Position numbers and translations under genes: made by a program. DNA of 64,000 nucleotides from Verrucomicrobiota bacterium (GTDB lineage: Bacteria; Verrucomicrobiota; Verrucomicrobiia; Limisphaerales; Palsa-1400), in NCBI GenBank assembly GCA_049510745.1, contig JBEKYR010000015.1:32001-96000 (forward strand), written 5' to 3'. The notes under the pieces were generated by a model. That model ran no database searches. It worked only from the letters and a program-made list of their open reading frames with translations, and was not told the origin of the DNA. This document shows, piece by piece, positions 18,672-28,683 of this stretch (position 1 is its first letter; every line of letters starts with the position of its first letter).

Positions 18672-19061
18672 ATGGACGCCCTTTCCGCATTAAAAATGAT
18701 GGTCGGCCCCCAGACGGGAGCCGGCCTGCCCAATTCCGTCCAGGAGCTGGCCGCCTCCGCCACCAAGTCCATTCCCGCGGCCGAGTTGCAGAAGCTTTCC
18801 TCGGACATCCCCCTCCCAACGGTCGCGCCGGGCCAATCCACCGGCGGTTTTGAAAGCCTGCTGGGCAATTTTGTCAGCGACGTGGCGCAAAAGCAGGCGG
18901 CCGCGACCGATGCCGTCACCGGATTGCTCAGCGGAAAAAATGTTTCGTTGCACCAGGCCATGATCTCGATGGAGGAAGCCAACGTGTCCTTCCAGATGAT
19001 GGTCGAGGTGCGCAACAAACTGCTCGATTCGTACCAGGAATTGATGCGGATGCAAGTTTGA
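18672..19061 (+). CDS. fliE: Hook-basal body protein FliE
   Basis: LHQAMISMEEA...VEVRNKLLDSYQELMRMQV. Confidence 0.95.
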   Translation: MDALSALKMMVGPQTGAGLPNSVQELAASATKSIPAAELQKLSSDIPLPTVAPGQSTGGFESLLGNFVSDVAQKQAAATDAVTGLLSGKNVSLHQAMISMEEANVSFQMMVEVRNKLLDSYQELMRMQV

Positions 19062-19070
19062 TAAAATTTC

Positions 19071-20657
19071 ATGAACAAAAACCTCACGCAGTTGGGCCAG
19101 CAACTACTCGGCATCTGGAAACAGCTTGGGCTGAACCAGCGCGTCAGCATCATCATGGCCACCGCGGTGGTGTGCGCCGGCTTGGGCACGATGGCCTTCT
19201 GGTCCAGCCGCCCGGATTTCTCCCTGCTCTACGGCAAACTGGAGGAAGGCGAAGCCTCCAAGGTCATCGCCGCCCTGGGCGAAACCAAAGTCCCCTATCA
19301 AATCCGCGGCGCCGGCTCCATCTACGTTCCCGCCGATAAAGTGTACCAGGTGCGCATGCAAATGGCGGGCAAGGGCATTCCGCGCGGGGACGGCGTCGGC
19401 TTCGAGATTTTTGACAAGGCCAATTTCGGCATCTCCGATTTCGTGCAGCGGGCCAATTACACCCGCGCCGTACAGGGCGAACTGGCCCGCACCATCAGCC
19501 AGCTCGACCAGGTCGAAAACGCCCGCGTCATGATTGTCATGCCCGAGAACCGCCTTTTGGTGGACAGTTCCCGCAAACCCACCGCCTCGGTTTTCGTCCG
19601 CGTCAAGGGCATGGGCCAACTGCCGCCGGCGGCGGTCAACTCGATCCGTTTCCTGGTCGCCAACAGCGTCGAGGGCCTCCAAGTCAACAATGTTTCCGTC
19701 GTCGATAACCAGGGCAACGTCCTGTCGGAAAACGAGGAAAGCGACTCCATCGCCGGGCTGTCCAACAACCAGCTCGCCGCCCGGCGCAATGTCGAGCAAT
19801 ACCTGGCCAAAAAGGCCCAGGGCATGCTGGAGCAGGTTCTCGGTTCCGGCCAGGCGGTGGTGCGCGTTTCCGCCGAGCTGAATTGGGACACCATTACCCG
19901 CACCGAGGAGAAATTCGACCCGGACGGCCAGGTCGTGCGCACCAGCGTCATCAATGACGACAACACCGATACCACCACCTCCTCCGGCGGCGGCCCGCCC
20001 GGCGTGGCGGCCAACGGGTCGGACACCAATTCCTCCTCCGGCACGCCAGTCAACAAAAGCCATACCCAGAAGAAAGTCACCAACAACAATTACGAAATCA
20101 ACAAGATCACCAGCAACGTGGTGCAGGCGGCGGGCGGAATCAAACGCCTCTCCACCGCCGTTTTCGTGGCCCAGCGCTTCGAGGGCAAGGGCGCCGACCG
20201 CAAAGCCGTGCCCCGTTCGGCGGACGAACTGGACAAACTGCGCCACATCGTCCAAGCCGCCCTCGGCATCCAGGCCAACGGCGACGCGAACCGGACCGAT
20301 GAAATGACGCTGGAGGAAATGCCGTTCAACGACCAGCCGGTGGCCGAAATGGCCCAGGAACTGGTCCAACAGGAAAAACGGCAATTCTGGACGGACCTGG
20401 CCCAGAAACTGATTTACCCGGCGCTGGCCGCCGGGGTGCTCTTCCTGTTCTGGCGTTTGTGGCAGAAGACCGCCGAGGATGAAATCCCCATCACTTTGCC
20501 GATGGTCCACGGCAACGGTCATGGCCGCTCCAAAAACGGCTCCAATGGCTCCGGCGTCGTCACGGTGGATGTCCTCAATCAATTGATCCGCGAAAACCCC
20601 GCCAACGTCACCCAGGCCGTGCGCAGTTGGCTGGCCCGCGGCAAACCCGAAACCTGA
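19071..20657 (+). CDS. fliF: MS-ring protein FliF
   Basis: Two TM segments; GFEIFDK..FGISDF, RAVQGELARTI, PTASV, LVANSVEGL. Confidence 0.96.
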   Translation: MNKNLTQLGQQLLGIWKQLGLNQRVSIIMATAVVCAGLGTMAFWSSRPDFSLLYGKLEEGEASKVIAALGETKVPYQIRGAGSIYVPADKVYQVRMQMAGKGIPRGDGVGFEIFDKANFGISDFVQRANYTRAVQGELARTISQLDQVENARVMIVMPENRLLVDSSRKPTASVFVRVKGMGQLPPAAVNSIRFLVANSVEGLQVNNVSVVDNQGNVLSENEESDSIAGLSNNQLAARRNVEQYLAKKAQGMLEQVLGSGQAVVRVSAELNWDTITRTEEKFDPDGQVVRTSVINDDNTDTTTSSGGGPPGVAANGSDTNSSSGTPVNKSHTQKKVTNNNYEINKITSNVVQAAGGIKRLSTAVFVAQRFEGKGADRKAVPRSADELDKLRHIVQAALGIQANGDANRTDEMTLEEMPFNDQPVAEMAQELVQQEKRQFWTDLAQKLIYPALAAGVLFLFWRLWQKTAEDEIPITLPMVHGNGHGRSKNGSNGSGVVTVDVLNQLIRENPANVTQAVRSWLARGKPET

Positions 20658-20746
20658 TCCTTTATGTTCTCCATTGTTGACAGCGCGCGCCGCCTGGAAG
20701 GCAATGGCGAACGGGAATTTCACGGCGCCGCCGGCGCCGCCCTCGC

Positions 20747-21340
20747 ATGAACCCTTGGTCGGACACGCTCCCCATGCCCAAGCCGCTGCGCGGGGTCCTC
20801 CTCCTGAACCCCGCGGACAAAGAAGCCGCGGCCGCGCGGGCGGCCATGGAAGAAGAACTGCGCGCCAGTTACCAGCGCGGGCGCGACGACGCGGAACGAG
20901 CGATGGGCCAGCAACTCCTCCAGCAGCGGGCCGAGGTCCACGAACTGATGCGCGGCGTGCTGGAGTCGCTGCGCAATTGCGTCCCGCAGATTCTACACGA
21001 CAGCGAGAACATGCTCATTGCCCTGGCCCTGTCTGCCGCGCAAAAGCTGGTGGCCGACACGCCCATCTCGGCCGCCATGGTGGAAGCGGTCGTGCGCGAC
21101 GCCCTGGCGCAGGTCGAGGGCACCGCGCAGTTCACCGTGCGTCTGCACCCGGCGGACCTGGAATTGCTGCAAAAATCCGCCTCCCCTCTGCTGGCTTCGG
21201 GCGACGGGGCCAAGGAATTCCGCTTTCTCTCCTCGCCGGAAGTGACCCGCGGCGGATGCCTGGTGCAGACCCACTTCGGCACCGTGGACGCGCGCCGCGA
21301 AACAAAATTTGATCTCCTGCAAAGAACCCTGCTCGTCTGA
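20747..21340 (+). CDS. fliH: Export ATPase regulator FliH
   Basis: YQRGRDDA, VRLHPADL, VTRGGCLVQTHFGTVDAR; upstream of fliI. Confidence 0.88.
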   Translation: MNPWSDTLPMPKPLRGVLLLNPADKEAAAARAAMEEELRASYQRGRDDAERAMGQQLLQQRAEVHELMRGVLESLRNCVPQILHDSENMLIALALSAAQKLVADTPISAAMVEAVVRDALAQVEGTAQFTVRLHPADLELLQKSASPLLASGDGAKEFRFLSSPEVTRGGCLVQTHFGTVDARRETKFDLLQRTLLV

Positions 21341-22710
21341 TGAACCGACACGCCATCTGCACATCCAACCGCCTGGAAGGCCTGCTGCGCCGCGTGCAGG
21401 AAACCGAGGTCATCCGCAATCATGGCCGCGTCGTCCAGTTGATCGGGCTGGTGATCGAATCGGAAGGACCGCTGGCCGCCGTTGGCGAAATCTGCCGCAT
21501 CGAATCGGCCGGCCAGGATGGTTCGACGCTGGCCGAGGTGGTTGGTTTTCGCAATAATCACGTCCTGCTCATGCCGTTGGGCGAACTTCACGGCATCCAT
21601 CCCGGCGCCGAGGTCATCGCTCTGGGCACCACCCTGCGCGTTCCGGTGGGTGATTCGCTCAAAGGGCGCGTTATCGATGGCTTGGGCCGTCCGCTGGACG
21701 ACTTGGGACCCATCCAGGCCAGCGACGACGTCAGTTTGACCCTGCAACCGCCCCATCCCCTCAAGCGCCAACGTATTCAACATTGCTTTCGCACCGGGAT
21801 CAAAGCCATCGACACCTTTGTGCCTTGCGGACGGGGCCAGCGCCTGGGGATTTTCGCGGGCAGCGGCGTCGGCAAATCGACCCTGCTGGGAATGATCGCC
21901 AGCCAGGCCGAGGCCGATGTCAACGTCATCGCCTTGATCGGCGAACGGGGACGTGAAGTGCGGGAGTTTTTGGAAAAGGATTTGGATGAGAACGGCCGCC
22001 GCAAATCCGTCGTCGTGGTGGCCACTTCCAACCAGCCCGCCATTGCCCGCCTCAAGGGCGCCTTCGTCGCCATGGCGGTGGCCGAATACTTCCGTGACAA
22101 GGGACAGAATGTCCTGTTGATGATGGATTCGGTCACCCGCTTTGCCACCGCCCAACGCGAGATTGGCCTGGCCGTCGGCGAACCTCCCGCCACCCGCGGC
22201 TATACGCCGTCCGTTTTCTCCCTGCTGCCCCAATTGCTGGAGCGCGCCGGCACCGGCCCTTCCGGTTCCATCACCGGCCTTTTCACCGTGCTGGTGGAAG
22301 CCGACGACATGAACGACCCGATTGCCGACGCGGTGCGCTCGATCTTGGACGGCCACGTTGTTCTCACCCGCGAGTTGGCGACCCAGAACCATTATCCGGC
22401 CATCGATGTGCTCGAAAGCGTCAGCCGGTTGACCCGCGACCTGACCACAGTCGGGCAACAGAAGCTCACGGCGGACGCCCGCGAAACTCTGGCAACCTAT
22501 CGCAAGAACCAGGATTTGATCAACATCGGCGCCTATCCGGCGGGGACCAATCCGGCCATTGATCTGAGCATCCATCTGCACGAGCCGATGAAGAGCTTTC
22601 TGCGCCAGCCGATCGACCAGGGTTCGTTGACAGAGCAAAGCTGGTCCCTGCTGGCCCAAACCATGGCCACGCCCATGCCGGCCAAACCCACCCCCGCTAA
22701 ACGCGCATGA
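21340..22710 (+). CDS. fliI: Export ATPase FliI
   Basis: GQRLGIFAGSGVGKS, LIGERGREVREF, MDSVTRFA, GEPPATRGY. Confidence 0.97.
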   Translation: MNRHAICTSNRLEGLLRRVQETEVIRNHGRVVQLIGLVIESEGPLAAVGEICRIESAGQDGSTLAEVVGFRNNHVLLMPLGELHGIHPGAEVIALGTTLRVPVGDSLKGRVIDGLGRPLDDLGPIQASDDVSLTLQPPHPLKRQRIQHCFRTGIKAIDTFVPCGRGQRLGIFAGSGVGKSTLLGMIASQAEADVNVIALIGERGREVREFLEKDLDENGRRKSVVVVATSNQPAIARLKGAFVAMAVAEYFRDKGQNVLLMMDSVTRFATAQREIGLAVGEPPATRGYTPSVFSLLPQLLERAGTGPSGSITGLFTVLVEADDMNDPIADAVRSILDGHVVLTRELATQNHYPAIDVLESVSRLTRDLTTVGQQKLTADARETLATYRKNQDLINIGAYPAGTNPAIDLSIHLHEPMKSFLRQPIDQGSLTEQSWSLLAQTMATPMPAKPTPAKRA

Positions 22711-23177
22711 AAGCCTTTCGATTCACCTTGGAGGCGGTTCGAACCGTGCGTCAGCGGCAGGAAAACGACGCCCTGGAACTCTATGCCCGCGCCTTGCTCG
22801 CCCGCCAGCAGGTCCTCGATGCGCTGGAAGCGGTGGACGGGCGCATCAACGACGACTGGTCGCACATCCGCCAATTGCTGGCCAACGGTTGCAGCGCCGC
22901 CCAGGCGGCCCAGGCTCACCGGTTCCACCGGTCCTTGGAAAAAGAGCGCGACGACTGCGTGGCCGCCCTCGGTCAGGCCGAGCGACGGGTCCAGTCCGCC
23001 TCGCAGGCGATGCTCGCCGCCCGCCAGCAGCGCGAGATTGTCGAAACCTATCGGGAAAAACAACACCTCCGCCATCAGCGACTGGAAGCGCGCGAGGAAC
23101 AGAAGCTTCTCGACGAGTTCGCCGTCCGCCGCGTGACCGCCATCCACGCCGGCCAACCCCAATCTTCACATGACTAA
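22707..23177 (+). CDS. fliJ: FliJ
   Basis: MKAFRFTLEAV..., coiled coil, EQKLLDE; follows fliI. Confidence 0.88.
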   Translation: MKAFRFTLEAVRTVRQRQENDALELYARALLARQQVLDALEAVDGRINDDWSHIRQLLANGCSAAQAAQAHRFHRSLEKERDDCVAALGQAERRVQSASQAMLAARQQREIVETYREKQHLRHQRLEAREEQKLLDEFAVRRVTAIHAGQPQSSHD

Positions 23178-23754
23178 ATTACTTGAAAACACCTGGATCA
23201 GCGCCCCCGTGGGCGTCGTGGTTTATCTCCTCTGCACGGTTCTCTTCTGGGAAACGCCCACCGTGCCGCTGTCGGACAGGCTGGGAAACGCCCTCCGTTT
23301 CACCGGGCCGGCCTGGAATTTCAAAAATCCCGAAGCCGATCAACTCATCGCCGAGCTGAAGATCGAGAGGAAATCCGTGGCGCTGCGCGAGCAACAACTC
23401 GATGAACTGGCCGCCCGCTTGCAGAGTGAACGCGCCGAACTGGGCCAGGTCACCCAGTCGGTCCGCCAACTTCAGAGCGATTTCGACAAATCCGTCCTCC
23501 GCGTCAAAGAGGAGGAAGTGGCCAACTTGAAAAAACTGGCCAAGGTCTATGGCGACATGTCCCCCGAAACCGCCGCCACGGTCTTGTCCGAAATGGATAA
23601 TGGGTCCATCGTGCGGATTCTCCTCTTTCTCAAAGACAATGAAACGGCCGCCATCCTCGAGGCGCTGGCCAAGAAAGGACAGGCCGAAGCGCGCCGCACC
23701 GCCGAGCTTTCCGAGCAGGTTCGCCTTTCCACCCACAGCACCACAACCAAATGA
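23170..23754 (+). CDS. MotE/MgtE-N-like membrane-anchored flagellar protein
   Basis: N-terminal TM, coiled coil, LKKLAKVYGDMSPETAA; between fliJ and fliK. Confidence 0.75.
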   Translation: MTKLLENTWISAPVGVVVYLLCTVLFWETPTVPLSDRLGNALRFTGPAWNFKNPEADQLIAELKIERKSVALREQQLDELAARLQSERAELGQVTQSVRQLQSDFDKSVLRVKEEEVANLKKLAKVYGDMSPETAATVLSEMDNGSIVRILLFLKDNETAAILEALAKKGQAEARRTAELSEQVRLSTHSTTTK

Positions 23755-25220
23755 CCGCCCAAGCACCCGCCACCAAAGCCAGCGGCGCCTCGGCGCTGCT
23801 GGCTTCCGTTTCGCCCCATCCGCCCCCGGCGCAGCCATCCGCTCCGCAAGATTTTTCCGCTGTCATCTTACGGGCTGTCACCTCCCAGACCGCGGATTTG
23901 GGCTTGCCCCATCCGCCTCCGATCCAGCCATCCGCCCCGCAAGACTCTTCTACTGTCATTTTACGGGCGGCCAACTCCCAAGCTGCGGATTCGGACTCGC
24001 CGGCGCAGAAATCGACCGACCCCACCGCGCCCGCCCAGGGCAAGGCCGCCAGCCCGGACGCCGCCGATCCAGACCCGTCAAGCCTGCTGCTGGCATTGCT
24101 GGCCCAAGCGCTGCCTGTTCCCCCGCCACTTCCGGAGGGCCACGAATCGGTCGTGCCAAAACCCGCCAGTCTCACCACGGAGGCGACCACAGCCGAACCC
24201 GCCGACTTGGTTCCGAAACAGGACGCCGCCGAGGGAAACCCGGCCAAAACCGACCCTAAGAATTCGCCTGCCCAAAAGACTTTGGCATCAGCCACTGAAG
24301 AACCTTCCGCCCCAACCCCAAAACCCAGCCACAGCAAGGAAAGCATACTGTCATATGACAGCATGACTCATTTGACCTCTCCGACCTCTCCGACGTCTTC
24401 AGCCTCTTCCGGCCCAACCCTGAGACTCCCCCCCGGCAAGGCGGATTCCGGCGTTGCCGAAGAAAAACCGCCGGTCGCATCCCCCCAGCCCCAGGCGCCG
24501 GAGAAGGCCGACGGCACCGAGGCACCGCCAACTGGCACGTCCGCTGCTACGAGTAATCCGACAATGAATTTTAGAGCTGAAAGGAACGAAATTGCCGGGC
24601 CGACAGAGCAAAAGTTGCCGCCCGCCGCTGTGGGTGCCGTGACGGCTGTCAATGCCGGTGGCTCGATTGGCCAGCGGAAGGCAAAACCGTCCCTTGATTT
24701 CACGTGGCACGACACGCCGGCCCAGGATTTGGCCATGATTGATCCTTCCGCGAAAGCCGTCCTGGCGGCGCGCGAGACCGGGGCCGCCAGTTCTCCCGCG
24801 ACCGGGCAATTGGCCCAAATCGAGCAGTTGATTTCGCGCGAAGTGGTGATCATCCGGGAAAAAGGGGCCGACAGCCTGGGAGTTTCGCTGAAGGTCGATG
24901 CCAACACGCAGCTTTTCTTGCAGTTGACAAATCACAACGGCCAGTTGCAGGCCTCCCTGCGGTGCGAACGGGGCGATTTTTCCGCCCTCGACACCCAGTG
25001 GACGCAGTTGCAGCAGGCGCTGGCGCGACAGAACGTGCAGTTGATGCCGCCGGGCGCCGGCGCCAGTTCAAGCTCTCAGCAGCCATCAGACCCTCAGCAG
25101 CGCCGGCTTCCGCAATCCCGCGAAGAGGCGCCGGCGGCCAACGTGGCCGTTGAGCCGGCACAATCCCGCACACCGAAACATCGAAACCGTTCCCGGCAAC
25201 GCTGGGAATCCTGGGCTTAA
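23751..25220 (+). CDS. fliK: Hook-length control protein FliK-like
   Basis: Long Pro/Ala/Ser-rich region with a C-terminal T3S4-like domain (LQQALARQNVQL); precedes flgD. Confidence 0.7.
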   Translation: MTAQAPATKASGASALLASVSPHPPPAQPSAPQDFSAVILRAVTSQTADLGLPHPPPIQPSAPQDSSTVILRAANSQAADSDSPAQKSTDPTAPAQGKAASPDAADPDPSSLLLALLAQALPVPPPLPEGHESVVPKPASLTTEATTAEPADLVPKQDAAEGNPAKTDPKNSPAQKTLASATEEPSAPTPKPSHSKESILSYDSMTHLTSPTSPTSSASSGPTLRLPPGKADSGVAEEKPPVASPQPQAPEKADGTEAPPTGTSAATSNPTMNFRAERNEIAGPTEQKLPPAAVGAVTAVNAGGSIGQRKAKPSLDFTWHDTPAQDLAMIDPSAKAVLAARETGAASSPATGQLAQIEQLISREVVIIREKGADSLGVSLKVDANTQLFLQLTNHNGQLQASLRCERGDFSALDTQWTQLQQALARQNVQLMPPGAGASSSSQQPSDPQQRRLPQSREEAPAANVAVEPAQSRTPKHRNRSRQRWESWA

Positions 25221-25232
25221 CCCTTCCATCTT

Positions 25233-25646
25233 ATGTCGTCATCCATCTCCTCTGTTTTGCCGTCCCAAAGCCTCAACCAGGCGGACTTTCTCAAACTGCT
25301 GGTCACGCAAATGAGTTCGCAGGACCCGCTCAATCCGCAAAGCGATACCGCCTTTGCCGCGCAACTGGCCCAGTTCAGCGCCCTGCAGTCGTCGCAAAAC
25401 ATGGAGGGTGATTTGCAGACTTTGCAGGCCGACTCTCTCATCGGGCAAACCGTCACTCTCACGCCTTCCACCGGCGCCGCCCAAGTCAGCGGCGTTGTCA
25501 GCTCGGTGCAAATCGCCTCGGGCACGCCGGAGATCGTGGTCAACGGCCAGACCTACACTTTGAGCCAGGTGGCCGCCGTCGCTCCGACCGTGTCCACCAG
25601 CACAACCCCAACGAACAGCGCCACTCAATCCTCAACTCAGAAATAA
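25233..25646 (+). CDS. flgD: Hook capping protein FlgD (short)
   Basis: DFLKLLVTQMSSQDPLNP...AQLAQFSAL. Confidence 0.93.
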   Translation: MSSSISSVLPSQSLNQADFLKLLVTQMSSQDPLNPQSDTAFAAQLAQFSALQSSQNMEGDLQTLQADSLIGQTVTLTPSTGAAQVSGVVSSVQIASGTPEIVVNGQTYTLSQVAAVAPTVSTSTTPTNSATQSSTQK

Positions 25647-25655
25647 TAACACACT

Positions 25656-26498
25656 ATGCTTACTTCACTCAGCTCAGGCGTCAGCGGACTGGATGCCTTC
25701 CAGCAGCAGATGGACATCATTGGCAACAACATTGCCAACCTCAACACAACCGGCTTTAAAACCGCCACCGGCAATCTGGTGGACGCCTTCAGCGATACGC
25801 TGCAAGCCGCCACCGCTGCCACCGGCAGTGTCAGCGGCACCGACGCGATGCAAGTTGGAACCGGTGTGACCACCGCTTCCATCACCAACAATTGGTCGGA
25901 AGGGGCGATCAACTCCACCGGCGTGACCAGCAACCTGGCCATCAACGGCAATGGATTCTTCATGGTGCAGGATCCAAGCAACAGCAGCGCCCAATACGCC
26001 ACCCAGGACGGCACTTTCAGCGTGAACTCCAATGGGTTCTTGGTGACCTCCACCGGCATGGACGTGCTGGGCTATAACACGACGGCCCTTTCCGCGACAG
26101 GCCCCATCAAGATTGACACCACCGGCTCCAGTTCGACGGCCGCCATGACCTCCTACACGATCAATTCCCAGGGCGTTATCACGGTCAATCAAGCCGACGG
26201 CACCTCGTTCACCCGCGGTCAGATTCTCCTGCAGAACTTCGTCAATCCGCAGGCCCTGAGCAGCGTGGGCAACAATCTTTATTCCAACATGGCCAACGCC
26301 GGCCCGCTGGCCGCAATGGCCACGCCCGGCTCCAGCGGCTTGGGCACCATTCAATCCGGCGCGCTCGAATTGTCCAACGTCGATCTTTCCGCCCAGATGG
26401 CTAATTTGATCACCGCGCAGCGCGGGTTCGAAGCGAACTCCAAGATGATCACGACCAGCGATGAGTTGCTGCAAGACGTCGTGAACATGAAACGTTAA
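25656..26498 (+). CDS. flgE: Hook protein FlgE (short, FlgE/F/G family)
   Basis: SGL...MDIIGNNIANLNTTGFK, LAINGNGFF, LELSNVDLS...ITAQRGFEANSK; follows flgD; only 280 aa. Confidence 0.85.
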   Translation: MLTSLSSGVSGLDAFQQQMDIIGNNIANLNTTGFKTATGNLVDAFSDTLQAATAATGSVSGTDAMQVGTGVTTASITNNWSEGAINSTGVTSNLAINGNGFFMVQDPSNSSAQYATQDGTFSVNSNGFLVTSTGMDVLGYNTTALSATGPIKIDTTGSSSTAAMTSYTINSQGVITVNQADGTSFTRGQILLQNFVNPQALSSVGNNLYSNMANAGPLAAMATPGSSGLGTIQSGALELSNVDLSAQMANLITAQRGFEANSKMITTSDELLQDVVNMKR

Positions 26499-26509
26499 TT
26501 CCTCGTCTT

Positions 26510-27109
26510 ATGCCGGACAAAACCGAACCCCGCACCGGCGGACGCCTGGAGGCGCCGGCCGAAGAGCCCACCCCCGAGGCTCCGGCGGCCAAACCGCCGG
26601 CTTCGGGCAAAACGTGGCTGCCCCTGCTCATCACCGTGGTCGCCATGCCCATGCTGGCTTATGCCACCACCAAGTTTGTCCTGGTGCCGCAGATGAAGCG
26701 GGCCTTGGCTCAATCGACCGCCGCCCCCGTCGAATCCGCCGCCGCCACAGGCGGAGGCGAAAGCCACGCCACGGCCAGCGACGGCAAGACGACCATCGAC
26801 GGCAAGACCAAGGTCACCGTCCCGTTGAGCAAAATCCTCGTCAACGTCGCCGGCACGATGGGCACGCGCTACTTGATGACCAGCGTCACCCTGGTGGGAA
26901 CGGACCCGAATCTGAAGAACGCGATCGATCAAAACAAGGACCAACTCCTGGACCTGGCCACCGGCACCCTCTGCACCAAAACAATTGCCGACCTGGAAAA
27001 GCCCGGCGCGCGCAACGTCATCCGCGCCGAACTGATGACCATTTTCAACAACGCCCTGGGCGGACCCGTCATCAAGGAAATTTACATCACCGAACTGGCC
27101 ATTCAATGA
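26510..27109 (+). CDS. fliL: FliL
   Basis: N-terminal TM; ILVNVAGTMGTRYL; EIYITELAIQ. Confidence 0.88.
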   Translation: MPDKTEPRTGGRLEAPAEEPTPEAPAAKPPASGKTWLPLLITVVAMPMLAYATTKFVLVPQMKRALAQSTAAPVESAAATGGGESHATASDGKTTIDGKTKVTVPLSKILVNVAGTMGTRYLMTSVTLVGTDPNLKNAIDQNKDQLLDLATGTLCTKTIADLEKPGARNVIRAELMTIFNNALGGPVIKEIYITELAIQ

Positions 27110-28050
27110 CTCAGGCGCCCAATCCACCACCCGCCGCCACCCCGCCGGCCTGCGAAAGCCAGCCCCCGCCCGTGGCGGTTCAGCCTTTGGACCTGCGCGC
27201 TTCCTCACTGCTCTCTCCGCGCCAGTTGCGGGCTTTGCGGGCGCATGAGGAGCAGTTTCTTGACGCGGCCAGCGCGCGGGTGTCGCTGTTTCTGCGCTCG
27301 GAATTCCCGCTCAAGCTGGCCTCCATCCAGGTCGTCTCCTACCAAAAGCTGACCGAAACCTGGGCGGCGCCGGCCCATTTGACTCTTTTCAAGACCGAGC
27401 CGTTGCGCGGCGTTTCAATTCTTGACATCGAGGTGCCCCTGGCCCTGGCCATCGTGGACCGCCTCATGGGCGGCCCCGGCAAGGCGGCGGAAACGGCCCG
27501 CCAGTTGAGCGAAATCGAAAGGGCGTTGCTCGACCAGATCGTCCAGATTCTCCTGGAGGAATGGTGCAATAATTGGGCCTCGCTGCGCCCGCTTAAGCCC
27601 TCCATTTTGGGCTGCGAATCCAATGGCCGCTTTCTTCAGACCGCGCCGCCCCAGGCCAGCATGCTGGCTTTTTCCATCGAGGCCTGCTCCGGCGATGGCG
27701 CGGGCCGGATGCAACTGGCCTTTCCCTATGCCGCCCTGGAGCCGTTGCTGCGCCAGCTTTGCCCGGAGGCCGAGCCGGCGGCCCATGCCCCCGCCCCGCT
27801 TCCCCAAGCCTCCACTCAATGGAACCGCGGCCTGGACGATGTCTCCCTGCCTGTCACCGCGGAATGGCGGGAGATGGAACTTTCCGCGCGGGATATTCTC
27901 CACTTGAAGGTCGGCGACGTTCTTCAAGTCGGCCCGCAACTGGCCCGGCAGGTTTCGCTGCGGCTGGGCGAACTGCCCAAATTCAACGGCCGCCTCGGCA
28001 CCCTCGGCGGCGCTTGGGCCGTGGAAATCACGCAACCGATCCACCTCTGA
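27106..28050 (+). CDS. fliM: C-ring protein FliM lacking the N-terminal CheY-binding peptide
   Basis: ATG 27106 overlaps the fliL stop; DRLMGGPG, RQLSEIE; SpoA-like C-terminus LKVGDVL. Confidence 0.88.
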   Translation: MTQAPNPPPAATPPACESQPPPVAVQPLDLRASSLLSPRQLRALRAHEEQFLDAASARVSLFLRSEFPLKLASIQVVSYQKLTETWAAPAHLTLFKTEPLRGVSILDIEVPLALAIVDRLMGGPGKAAETARQLSEIERALLDQIVQILLEEWCNNWASLRPLKPSILGCESNGRFLQTAPPQASMLAFSIEACSGDGAGRMQLAFPYAALEPLLRQLCPEAEPAAHAPAPLPQASTQWNRGLDDVSLPVTAEWREMELSARDILHLKVGDVLQVGPQLARQVSLRLGELPKFNGRLGTLGGAWAVEITQPIHL

Positions 28051-28054
28051 TTTT

Positions 28055-28318
28055 ATGGATGCAAAACCCAGTCCCGCCCTCAATCTCGATCTGCTCCTCG
28101 ATGTCCGCGTCAAGCTGACCATCGAGCTGGGCTCCTGCCAGATGCCCTTGCGCGAGGTGCTCCAACTCACGCCCGGCTCGGTCGTCAAGCTCGACCAGGC
28201 CGCGCAGTGTCCCGTCAACCTTTACGCCAACCAGAAGCACATCGCTCGCGGTGAAGTTGTTGTCGTGAACGACTGCTACGGCATCAAAATCACCGAACTT
28301 TTTGGAGCCGCCCCGTGA
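28055..28318 (+). CDS. fliN: C-ring protein FliN
   Basis: LDLLLDVRVKLTIELG...ARGEVVVVNDCYGIKITE. Confidence 0.93.
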   Translation: MDAKPSPALNLDLLLDVRVKLTIELGSCQMPLREVLQLTPGSVVKLDQAAQCPVNLYANQKHIARGEVVVVNDCYGIKITELFGAAP

Positions 28319-28683
28319 CCAACCTTCCCGCGCTCTCCAGCGGTTTGCCCGACATGGGCGCCTCGCTGCTGCGCCTGGCGGGGGCGATGGCGCTGGTCAT
28401 CGCCCTGTTCCTGGCCGGCGTCTGGCTTGTCAAAAATTGGCAGCGCCTGGCCAGCCGCGGGGGCGCCGCCCCCAAACTCAGCGTGCTGGAGGTCAAATCC
28501 CTCGGCCAGCGCCAGGCCCTTTACGTCGTCGGCTACGAGCAGCAACGCCTGCTCATCGCCTCCTCGGCCACGGGGCTGACCTTGCTCAGCCACCTGCCCG
28601 CGGCGGATGAACCGCCTCCCGAGGCCGCGCCCAAAATGAGTTTCGCCGAAGCCTTCCACCACGTTTTGGCCGGCAAATCATGA
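28315..28683 (+). CDS. fliO: FliO
   Basis: One TM; LEVKSLGQRQALYVV; between fliN and fliP. Confidence 0.85.
   Translation: MTNLPALSSGLPDMGASLLRLAGAMALVIALFLAGVWLVKNWQRLASRGGAAPKLSVLEVKSLGQRQALYVVGYEQQRLLIASSATGLTLLSHLPAADEPPPEAAPKMSFAEAFHHVLAGKS

Noticed and set aside
20658..20746. Possible fliG remnant or small ORF between fliF and fliH
   Set aside because: Only 89 bp with no FliG-like residues recognisable. ORF 20674-21312 is an off-frame overlap of fliH.
26614..27105. N-terminal extension of the 478-aa ORF containing FliM
   Set aside because: It overlaps fliL in another frame. ATG 27106 coupled to the fliL stop is the likelier start.
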